From the NCBI GenBank assembly GCA_964188305.1, contig OZ076885.1: a stretch of DNA of 64,000 nt. One strand, written 5' to 3'. A model generated the notes under the pieces. It was not told the origin of the DNA and ran no database searches. It saw only the letters and a program-made list of their open reading frames with translations. The translations under genes were made by a program, and so were the position numbers. This stretch comes from Podarcis bocagei (taxonomy: Eukaryota). Positions 51,647-62,327 of the stretch are shown piece by piece (positions within the stretch are counted from its first letter, which is position 1; every line of letters begins with the position of its first letter).

Positions 51647-52099
51647 TACTCAGTCTGAGAACCTATACATTATTTTTCTTAGGAATAAAGTAAGTGACAT
51701 ATATGGAGCAAATGAGAAAAGCACCACATTATTCAAGGTTTCTTCTCACATTGCTTTTCCTAACATGCATTCTGAAGATACAGAAATAGAGAGAAGGTGC
51801 TGCATATCTTTGAAACCTGACAACAGGCAACTGTGCCTCTCAAACATAGGTTTGGTAAACCTCCTGGCAAAATGGATTCATGTAGGTTACATACATCAAA
51901 CTGTTTTCAGGTTATGACAACACACAAGAATATTGAGTCAGAAATCCGCCATAAGCAACAAGAGGCCAAACAGTCCATCTTAAGACCAAATAATTGTTGC
52001 TTCACTTTAATCAGGTGAGCATGTGTGACTTTGAAGCACGTCCACCTCAAAAGTGAAAGAAAAGTAGAAACACTGTGAACTAGACAGTTAAGAGTGCCA

Positions 52100-53950
52100 G
52101 CTCCATGGGTGCTAACTATTGCTGTAGAATCCTTACACAGTGGTACCTCTGGTTGTGAATGGGATCCATTCCGGAGGCCCGTTCGCAACATGAGCAGAAC
52201 ACAACCCACGTCTGCGCATCTGCGGGTCGCGATTCACCACTTCTATGCATGATGTCATTTTGCGCATCTGCGCATGCGGCAAAACCCGGAAGTAACCCTT
52301 TCCGGTACTTTCGGGTCGCCGCAGGACGCAACTTGAAAACACTCAACCTGAAGCAAATGTAACATGAGGTATGACTGTACATTTGTGTTCCCAGGTTAAG
52401 AAACGGGTTTCTAAAGTTCCATTTAGTAAACAATGTTAGTATATACTTCCAATCCACTCTGTCAAATGCTTTTATGGAATTCATTGCTATTAATACAACT
52501 AGATTTTTAATGCTATATATAAAGTATAGACGACTCACAACATACACCGGGATTGCATTCTAGGGATAGTGCGTAAACCCCAAATTGTGTATAGTCACAA
52601 CACATTGAGTTCAATGGTGGGTGGGATTGCCAAAGTCTTTTTTACTGGATGCCCACCCCCTTTCTTTTTAAAAACTGCCAAGCATATAAAGCTGAATGCA
52701 CACAACTGAAATGCACATACGTTGTGAGTTACTTGTATGCTATGTCTAACCTACCCCCCTTTAACAAAAAGGAACCAGCCCTTCCACCTCAGCTTGCATA
52801 GACTGGCACTTCTTAACTATGACCACTGTTACCCTCCTTGATTTAAACATGCCTGGGACACAGAATTGATCCCCTCAATCCATATGCTGTTCAGTAAGTT
52901 ACGTGTTAGCAATTTTTGGTGGATTTCCTGCAACAAAATTATGCCTTCTCAAACATATGACATAATTCTCATGCATTTAACCGGGAAGTTTGGCCCTTTG
53001 ATATTTATCAACAAGGCCTTTAGTAAGTTCTGGCTTAGTGGAATTACCATGGTTTCATGCTGTTGAGAGTCTAGGAACTTGAACCACTCAGTCTCTTAAT
53101 TTGAAGTGGGAGAGCATTGGACTCTGTCGGAACTAACTTGAATGAATACAGTTAAACTGGAAAGCTTTTGTTATTTGATCTACTCTTGTATTAGTCTGCC
53201 CTGTTAAGGACCTGAGTGTAGAGTTCTCTCAAAACTTCTGTACTTCATAGAACAGAACCATAGAATTGTAGGTTGTTCAAAGGATGTAAAACATTTCATA
53301 CTCTTTGAAACTATTCATACAAAGTGACAATTCACATCAATAAAGATAACTGGCTTTGCCTAAACCACCAGTTTAGCCTACCTAATGAAGGTATGTTGGC
53401 TCCATAAAAATATTGATAGCTGGTGTGATGTGTTCCTGGAGAGTATGGCCTCTTCAAGACATCTAACTTAGTATTTTCTTTTTCTTTTTCTTCTGGTCTG
53501 CAGAGACTAATCTACTGGTTCTTCATTTAGTGAGTAATTTGATCTTTAGCTAGTGCCTCAACCCCAGGTTTATTGCTTCTTCCATTCTTTTTGAAATATC
53601 CATCAGTTCTGATAAAATACCTATTTTGCTTCCAGAGCGGTCAATGCTGTTGTCAGCACGGCTGCCCAGGCTACCAGCAGGTTGCTTCTCACCTGCTGAC
53701 TCAGTGAGGTGATACCTCAAGCTACTGACATGGTGTTAGTCAATTTCACATCCTTAAACATTTTAGCACTTTCTCTCACCACTATAGTTTCTTTCTCCTT
53801 CCTCAAGTATTCTGAACTGTCAAAAAAGTTTTCTCTGGTGATATTCCATTTCAGAACTTTATTGGCCTTTCATTGTATCCTTCCATCAACTGGACCTATG
53901 CTTTTAGAAGTTTAACCTTGCTTTAAAGATTCCTTTTAAAGTTGTAGCCC
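52100..53950 (-). mobile_element. Degraded, internally deleted L1 LINE (ORF1 remnants and RT fragment)
   Basis: LIAMNSIKAFDRVDWKYILTLFTKWNFRNPFLN is the L1 RT DAEKAFDRVEW motif; upstream A-rich ORF1-like remnants including FPVK..RI; outer boundaries approximate. Confidence 0.65.
52138..52377. mobile_element. Tc1/mariner MITE inserted in the L1 RT remnant
   Basis: TIRs CAGTGGTACCTC / GAGGTATGACTG followed by TA; CpG-rich interior. Confidence 0.85.
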
Positions 53951-54688
53951 TTTAACACTTGGAGATTTGTGGAGCCCAATGATTAGGTTGCCGTTTTGCC
54001 TGATAAGCCACACACACACAGCCTCTCTCACACAACCCTTCTGGTTACTGCTCCCTGGGATGTGCTTGCATGATGAAACACATTTGTGATGAAGCTTCAG
54101 ATGTGACCCAATACACAATTAGTGTGCATTCCATCTATAACAAGTTGCTTTCAATAATGTGGAAACCTGAAAATCCTGAAGTAACTGCCCATTGATAAAG
54201 TCTGCATTCAGAAACCCAGATTTATCTATCAGACACAATTTTTGATTTTCCTAATGAGCAGGAAATAATACCGCAAAAATAAACAAAACAAAAAACGAAA
54301 TGTTCTTGGGGGACAATATAGTTTTTAAGAATTGCTAATCCTTATGGAATAATGTCAGTCAGAAAATAAAAAAGGATTCAGAAGACCAGGCAAAGCAAGT
54401 TTTAAATGATTATGAAAACTCATGCTAACAATCAAATGATTTACACTGAGGAAAGGAGGGAGTATTAGCTGTATACATAAGTATACAAATTTGTGGCAGT
54501 GATGCTAGTTTTAGACAGAATAAAGTACTGTGAATTTGGCAGTATCAGTCTCTGAACCTTCCCAGCAGCATAAGAAAATTCATATATCACAGGGCTACTG
54601 AGATAAAGTAATGCTCAGCCCTAGAGGGCACAGATTTCGTCTTTATGTAAATCAGTGCCTGTCACTGCATGCATGATTCACTGCTCAG

Positions 54689-54820
54689 NNNNNNNNNNNN
54701 NNNNNNNNNNNNNNNNNNNNNNNNNNNNNNNNNNNNNNNNNNNNNNNNNNNNNNNNNNNNNNNNNNNNNNNNNNNNNNNNNNNNNNNNNNNNNNNNNNNN
54801 NNNNNNNNNNNNNNNNNNNN
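54689..54820. other. N-run (132 nt)
   Basis: 132 consecutive N. Confidence 0.99.
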
Positions 54821-54972
54821 TAAAACTGTGGATAATTACAATTTTTCTTTTTTTCCTCTTTGTTTTTTTTTTAATGGAAGGAAAGGCTTCTGAGGCCACC
54901 GATAACTGTATCATGCTAGGCTGTTACCAAAATAAAGCTGCAGTCTTCTTCACAGTATGGAGGAAAGAAAAT

Positions 54973-54974
<2 letters not shown>

Positions 54975-55021
<47 letters not shown>
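54975..55021. repeat. (AG)n microsatellite
   Basis: About 23 units. Confidence 0.97.
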
Positions 55022-55026
<5 letters not shown>

Positions 55027-56521
55027 TAGGATGCTGGTAGAAAAGGAGGAGCAATGGCATTCATGAATATTCATAACCAGTCACATCTGTAGCAGTCTTG
55101 CTTTCTACTTTTTCCTTGGTAGTTCAGCATAGACTATAACCACTAACCCAAAAAAGTGATTATGCAGTTTCATTAGGTTTCAGGTTTAATATATTTCCAA
55201 AGTATCATGGAGAAGTCTTAAATTCTACCCATCCCTCAATGCAAATGCCTTTTCTATATCAAATGAATGTAAAAAGGGGGGGAAATCAGTTGCCAAAAAA
55301 AAACATGGTTTGTAAACATGCAGAAAATTCATCAAATATTATCTTACCAAGAAAAAAAGAAAAGAAAGATGTTCATATACAGAGGCCTGGAGGAATATTA
55401 CTTCATAAGAGAAACCGAAGTGAAAATGCTACTACACAAAAATAAGAATGACTGATAAATTTAGCAGCCTCATGTTCAATTTTCAAACAGCACAGCAAAG
55501 ATTTACAGCTCTGCTGCTTCATATGGCAAATGAAACAGCACATAGAAAGCATTTATGTTTTTTCACATATTACAGTGTTTTATACCTTTCTTATATCCCA
55601 GTGCTATTGATTAGTATTGAGATCACGGTCTTAACAATGTCATTAGAGCCTGTATATGGCAGACTGTGATTAACAGAAATGGTAGCAGTTTCTCAATAAG
55701 GCCTATAGCAGTTTCGAAGAGGCTGCAAAGAGAAGTGTATGGTGTCTGCAGGAATTAATACCAAAAATTCAAATTTGCACATGGGGAGGCTTAAATCCAA
55801 ATTATGTAATTCTTTCAACTGGAATATAAGATGGATAGTTATTTTTAAAATGCACTTCCAAATAAATGTATTCATGGGACTTTGTTTCCCCAAGACAATT
55901 AGAAGACTGTGGCAGGTATGGGGATTAGGTAACTGGAAAGATTATTTTGATGCAATACAAGTCACATCAAACAGAAGTTTCTCCAGCCTTTGAAATATCT
56001 AAGCTACCTTCAGGACTGACAAATCTTTGACAATATAGATGCATAAAAGGGTTCGTTTTCAATTTGGAATTTGTAACACTGCCAGACTCATTCTGCATAA
56101 ACATTAGAGACCAATAAATACATTTTTTTTCCAGACTTCACCTTCTTTGGTTGGCTATCCTGTATTTCAAATTAGCTATTTGGCAATTAATTCTTACTTT
56201 GAATTAAAGGGGCCAGCAAGGTTACTACTGCTCAGTGAACCACTCTCATGAAAACCAAAATACAACACAGGACCCCTTAACCCACCCCTCCAAAGCATAC
56301 ACAGCAACAGAAGCTTTGGAAAATCCTTTCTTCTGCACCTTGACTGCTCCCTCCCTTCTTCCTTGTCATGGCTCACAAATGAGGGTGAGGGAGCAGTCAA
56401 TGTACCTAAAAAGTGGACCTTGGTAAAGCTTCTGTTGCTTTGTGATGGGGATGTGCAGAAGAAAACAACTCCCTGTGACTTGAAATGTAGAATGTGCCTA
56501 ATATGCATAATAAATTATTGT

Positions 56522-56885
56522 CATTATTATTTATTCAATTTATATGCCGCCCTTTATCAAAAGATCCAAGGGCGGTGTACAACATTAAGAACACATTTTA
56601 AAGAGCATAATTATAAAAACAATAAAAAGCATAATAATAGATAGCATAATAATAAAATAACCATAATAACAGTTCCCCCCTAAAAAAATACTTGAACAGG
56701 TCATTGATTATTTAATGGCCAAAGGCCTGGGCAAAGGGGATGTTTTGCCTGGCACCTAAAGACAAGTAATGATGGAGCCAGATGAGCCTTTCTGAGGAGA
56801 GCATTCCGTGGACGAAGAGCCACCATAGAAAAGGCCTGTTCTCATGTTGCCACCCTCAGAATCTCTTGAGGAGGGGGGGGCATAG
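56522..56885 (-). mobile_element. L2 LINE 3' fragment
   Basis: TTTATATGCCGCCCTTT...GGGCGG tail; GAGAGCATTCC...GAGCCACCATAGAAAAGGCC antisense L2 ORF2 end. Confidence 0.75.
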
Positions 56886-58225
56886 CTCTGGTGCTCCAGC
56901 ATTGCGGGAGCGACTAGGCTGGGGCCTGTGCCTCCGCTGTGGGGACTCTGTTTGGGCCCGCTATAGCCACAGAGGTGCTTCCAGGTGCATCTGTGGCCGC
57001 TGCAGGTCCCCAAAGGGCATGGGATAAGAAGGCCTCCCTAGCAACTTGAAAGGGTGGGTGTAGAGGGTGGGCTACCCTGGCCCTTTGTAGGGCCAGGTCT
57101 CCCAAGGTTTGGTGATTAGTTATACCTTGTTCCCCCGGCCTATACAGATCAGGTCAGGGTTTATATATTAAAATAAATGTGGACCAGCCAACCTTTTGTG
57201 CCTTGCCTCTTTCCTCCCCCCCCCCCCCAATGTGTGGCCACAATCCCTGCTTGTCTATATAATTACAATTATAGGCTGGTGGGTCACATTTCAGGCTGAG
57301 TGTCTTTCCCAAAGTGGGCCTTCCCATTTTGCATTCTGTAAAATAACAGGATTAGGAGGAGAGGAGCATGCGATGGAGCAAAGGAACACAGGAAGTTCTT
57401 TCTGTCACCCACATTCTTCTAGTTTTCATACTGAGCTACTTTTTAGCCAGAGGGGATATAGATGCTAATTATCTTCCTCACCTGTTCCTTTATTTTTCCT
57501 GAAGCAGAAAGGTGTGGCTGGGAGAAAAATTCCAAGAAAATGACGGAAAGACAGGTGGGGTGAGACAAAAATTACTGCCTTCTTTGCCTTTCCTAACTCC
57601 ATTTCTTCTAAGCAGTTTCAGAAAGCCCAGAGGATGATATTCATATTGTGATTATTATTGCTATATTTGCTGTCACTAATTTTATTTCTTACCCACCCTT
57701 CACTCTAATGTCCCAGGCCAGTTAAAGCAATATAAAATACACTAATAAATGCAGTCACAGGGATATGGTGGGTCCTGAAAATGTATATTTCAGGTGTTGG
57801 TGTGCATGCATCCTCATGTGCAGCCTGGGAGCTCCTAGTTATCAACCTTCAACTGTAAACATTCTGAGCAGGAACTGCATTATTTCTGTGTTCTACAAAA
57901 CACAAAGCAGCCTGCTGATGCCAAATTAATATGCAGTAGAGGAATTAAAGGTGGTGCCATAGCCAACCAGCCCATGAAGCAAGATGAGGTGGACACCTCA
58001 GGGCCTGAGGACTGCCCCACTCATGACCACTGCCTCCTATGCGGACATGCCACTCTGCCTCCTCCAAGACCCGCCTCTTCCACTGCTGTCAGCATCCCAC
58101 GCCACTGCTTCCTCCACAGCTGTAGATGCATCTGTGGTGGCAGTGAGGTGTGGTGCACTTGCAGGGTAGAAGGCAGTGGCATTGGCAGGCAGGGACTTTT
58201 GCCTTAAGTTGCAAAAGGTCCCAGG

Positions 58226-58400
58226 TTATCTACTTGCACTCTTTTTTCTTTTTCCTGGCATGCTTTTGAACTGCTAGGTTGGCAGGAGCTGGGACTGAGC
58301 AACGGGAGCTCACCCTGCCACAGCGATTCGAACCGCTGACCTTCTGACTGGCAAGTCCAAGAGGCTCAGTGGTTTAGACCACAGTGCCACCTGCGTCCCC
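58226..58400 (-). mobile_element. Sauria (Squam1) SINE, 5' half
   Basis: Minus strand GGGACGCAGGTGGCACTGTGGTCTAAACCAC...GGTTCGAATC...CCAACCTAGCAGTTC...AGTGCAAGTAGATAA. Confidence 0.92.
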
Positions 58401-58606
58401 TTCATATATGATTAGAACGCAGCTAAGTGGGGTGATGCCTGTACTGCAATATCGTATCTATAACCCAAGCTGCAACTATATCAAGATGAGTCCAGTTATG
58501 TACTACACATCAAATCACATATACCTATTATACATTTGCAGCAGATGAAGCAATTAAGCACTGTGGAAAACATGGGGAACTACAACCAATCAGTTAATCC
58601 ACAGCA

Positions 58607-58770
58607 AACCTGCATCAAGAGATTTCCCAGCATTTGTTGTTCTCCTAAGAGCAGCAATCTGTGATCTACAAATGGGAATCAGCCATGTCATTTGTGCCTC
58701 ATGGTTATCCCTGCTTCATCTCCACTCCCACAAGCATTTTGCCCACTCCCTTCTCCTTTTTCCCAGTACC
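58607..58770. repeat. Inverted duplicate of 60488-60636
   Basis: Near-identical reverse-complement match (e.g. CATTTGTTGTTCTCCTAAGAGCAGCAA; GGGAATCAGCCATGTCATTTGTGCCTCATGGTTATCCCTGCTTC) with a 21-nt indel. Confidence 0.95.
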
Positions 58771-58989
58771 ATTTCCAGCGGGAAGGTAAATGGCATTTCT
58801 GTGCGCTGCTCTGGTCTCGGTGTTCCGTTGCGCCAGAAGCGGCTTAGTCATGCTGGCCACATGACACGGAAAAACTGTCTGCGGACAAATGCCAGCTCCC
58901 TCAGCCTATAAAGCAAGATGGGCACCACAAAGCCAGAGTCGTCTGTGACTGAACTTAACTGTCAGGGGTCCTTTGCCTTTACCTTTTAC
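58766..58989 (+). mobile_element. Sauria (Squam1) SINE, 3' half with (ACCTTT) tail
   Basis: GTACC..CCAGCGGGAAGGTAAA...GCCAGAAGCGGCTTAGTCATGCTGGCCACATGAC...GTCAGGGGTCCTTTGCCTTTACCTTT. Confidence 0.92.
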
Positions 58990-60487
58990 TCATGTATGAC
59001 CGCTTTTATGCAGGTCACTGTGAAATAAATAAACTGCTGCCTGGAAATTGCTCTCAGACGCTCACTCACTCACTGCAGGTAACTGGGGGGAAGGCTTGGG
59101 GCAGCAGCCCCAAGTGAGGGAAGGCATGCTGGACAGTGGCCCCAAGCCAGGTAGTGGCCCCGAGCGACTTCAAGGCAGCAGCCCTCGTGGTACACCTCTC
59201 TCTCTACTCCCCATGTGCCCATCTTATGAAAGTGGGATGCTGCCCACTTTACATGATTTCAGTTTTGTGTGTGGAATGTAACCCCTGCGTAAGAGGGGGG
59301 ACACCTGTACACCACCTCACCTGACTGAACTGGTGTGGAAATATTTCTCTGCTGCTGTTTATATTTCCTGTTTCATAACCCTTATTTTATTTTGAATATT
59401 TTATGCTTCAGTTGTTCAGGGTAGTGTTTGACTTTTGTTGCTGTTTTAATTATTGCACCATTTAGGGGGGGTTGCAGCACAAACCAGTATGAAAAGTATA
59501 AATAGCTGGGTTATCCATCTAGGCTCACTAAAGTGGTTATAGTTGGAAAAGTCCTACACAACAGCTGGAATGTTAACCTACTTCCCATGCCCTTAGTACA
59601 TTTGTTCCACTTTATTATCTGTGATTTTAATTTTAGAAGACCGATGCAAATACTACTATTTAAAAAGCTATCTTACGATACACATATTTATGAATTCCAC
59701 TGTAGTTTGTAGGCGATAATGTGGCTTTCTAAACATAAACTAATCACAAATTGTTATCTTCTCTTCCCTCCCCCCTTATTAGAATGTTAAAATGTATTAA
59801 GGAGAGCATTCCTCAGTGTGAATTTCAGAAATAATGAAAACAAAATTGACTAAATCAAAAAACCACAATGAGTGAACTCCAACTTTTAAGTGCTATGGGA
59901 ACAGAACCATTAGTTACTTTAAGTAAGCACTGTTAAAATAAAATCAATACATAGTACCATCAAAATAAACACTTTCCACTACTGCTTTTTTTAAAGAGAC
60001 ACAAAAGAAATATAAAGTACAGTATGTCTGACATCAGCGAGTAATCACATTATTTATAGCTCTGAGAGGCAATAAGAATAATCAGGTATATGTTAACATG
60101 ATCCCTTCCCCTTTTTCAAAGCAGAGCAAATGTGAGCCAACAATTCCCTCTATCTGTATCTGAAAGGTATGAATTGCAATCCACAGAAGAGCACCCCCAC
60201 AAACATTACCCTTGAGGACTGTTAAAAGTTGGGGGGAAGATAAGGCCTTAAACCTCTAGATTCAGTAAAGGGTTAGAATTCTGGTGATGGCTCGCAGGGA
60301 GTGGGTAACTGAAGACACAAAAAGCTGGTAATAGCTTGGTATGTTTGATAATGGTGAGAAGGTGGCCCATGATGGAAGCTGCAGGGAAAAGGTGGCCACT
60401 TTGCAACAGGCTTGGGAAATGGAGGTTTCCAGGGTCACAGTGGGTGATGCTGTAAGTAAAACAGGGAGGTTTTTTTTTTCTGAAAGG

Positions 60488-60636
60488 GGTACTGGGAAAA
60501 AGGAGAAGGGAGTGGAGAAGAAGCAGGGATAACCATGAGGCACAAATGACATGGCTGATTCCCGTTTGTAGATCACAGCTTGCTGCTCTTAGGAGAACAA
60601 CAAATGCAGGGAGATCTCTTCATCTTCATGCAGGTT
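60488..60636. repeat. Partner copy of the inverted duplication
   Basis: Reverse complement of 58607-58770. Confidence 0.95.
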
Positions 60637-60765
60637 GTAAATATATGTAACCTATATGTAAACCATATTCCATAAAGACACTGCAGTCTCTGCTGTGGCT
60701 CATTTTTTCAAAGGAAACACTAGCCCTTGTTACATGCCAAGACCCCCATAATCTCTGCTGAGAGA

Positions 60766-60816
60766 TGCCCAGAGTGGCTGGGGAGCCAGATGGGTGGGGT
60801 ATAAATAATAAAATTA

Positions 60817-60869
<53 letters not shown>
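60766..60869 (+). mobile_element. L2-type 3' terminus with (TTA)n tail
   Basis: GCCCAGAGTGGCTGGGGAGCCAGATGGGTGGGGTATAAATAATAAA then about 17 TTA units. Confidence 0.65.
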
Positions 60870-60871
<2 letters not shown>

Positions 60872-61986
60872 CTCAGTAGAGATTGGGGTGGCACGTAACT
60901 AAGAATACTTTTTACATGTCTTGAAACTTGTCACTATAAGAGCTGAACCAAAACAAGAAAAACTGGGGCCAGTTTTCTAACATAAATTCAGCCAACACAG
61001 CATAACAAGAAGATACAATGCCAGGTATGTCTGAATGGATTATAAACACAGATTAATCTATGTCGTGTTGCAGGAGAATGACCGCCACCAACAGGAACCC
61101 AGGAAAAATTCAGAACAAGTTCCTTATTTAGTTCAGAGTCAGTCATTTTCTGTGGCTCAATTTATTATACTTTGAAAACAACACTTAAATCATTTGGCTT
61201 GGGACTGGCAAGGACAATGCACCTTTGCTTCATTACAGTTCTCAAATATTTTCTAATTTCCCCCCCCCTTTTGATGCATGCTAGTTAAAAAAAGAAAATG
61301 GAGTGAATTCTGTAGCAAGGTGCTCAGTGTTCGTTCGGACTAGGGGCAACTCCCACAATCTTAAGACATCTCAGTGGCTTGCCTAGAAAGGTGTCTTCCA
61401 CTAGAAGGATGCCTTTCCCAACCTAGCAAAAGTGCATTGTGTGAGGGGGAAAGACCCAAACTGAATCATGCTTTCTTTTTTCCAAAACTCAAGACCTTTC
61501 TATAATCCATCAGAGTGTACATGCTGCAACCCGCAACTCCTGTTCTTCCTTATTCTTGTAATGTTCATAGTATCACAGTATAAGATACATTGTAACACTG
61601 AACTAACAAAATAATCCACTAGCTGCCACAAGAGTTCAGAGAACAGTGTTACGTACTACATTTCCCCACTTCCTCTGATGGTTCTTTGACTCCAAGCTTA
61701 TGTCTTTTGATATTTAGCCTGTATGATCTTAAAGAATCTTAGAGAAAATAGTAGAGTGGACTAGATTCATTGTTCACATATAACTGAATGCCATAAACAT
61801 GGTTGTTGGAAGTAAATGACATTTTGCTTTATATAGCACAGTCTACAGTAACTAAAGCAAAGAGTTAAACAGCTATTCATGAAAAAACCTACAATAATGC
61901 CAGTCTGGGACTATCATGGCAAAACAAACATGCAAACAAACCTGGACTTCAGTCTGCTTTAACCTATTGAACTCAAAAAGTGCTAC

Positions 61987-62028
61987 TAGATAACCATTGT
62001 GGTCCCTTCCAACTCTACAACTCTATGA

Positions 62029-62031
<3 letters not shown>
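61987..62031 (+). mobile_element. CR1-type 3' tail fragment
   Basis: GGTCCCTTCCAACTCTACAACTCTATGATTC. Confidence 0.65.

Positions 62032-62090
<59 letters not shown>
62032..62090. repeat. (AT)n microsatellite, continued at 62327-62349
   Basis: About 29 AT units left of and about 11 right of the Penelope-like insertion. Confidence 0.97.
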
Positions 62091-62093
<3 letters not shown>

Positions 62094-62327
62094 CTTTCGT
62101 AGATTTTCACGGGTACAGGAATGCAGGTTTTGGTGTCTTCGGGTGTCTTCCCGTGTAAGAGTTGGGGTGTCTAGGCGACGTTTCGACGAGGTCTCACTCG
62201 TCATCAGAGCTCTGTTCCAGTAACAAGAAGCCGAAAGCACCAGCCTGAAGATGACGAGTGAGACCTCGTCGAAACGTCGCCTAGACACCCCAACTCTTAC
62301 ACGGGAAGACACCCGAAGACACCAAAA
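62091..62327. mobile_element. Penelope-like element terminal repeat (pLTR) fragment in inverted arrangement
   Basis: Perfect 78-bp inverted repeat (62128-62205 / 62250-62327); CTGAAGATG...CGAAACGTC motif; CCGTGAAAATCTACG 3' end on the minus strand; lies within (TA)n. Confidence 0.85.
62238..62285 (+). ncRNA. Minimal type I hammerhead ribozyme motif (PLE-type)
   Basis: CUGAAGA (62245-62251), U, stem II GACGAG/CUCGUC with loop UGAGAC, GAAAC, then GUC cleavage triplet (62276-62278); palindromic ACGU stem III. Confidence 0.7.

Noticed and set aside
61986-62312. 108-aa ORF
   Set aside because: Artefact of the inverted repeat and (TA)n tract (YIYIYI)
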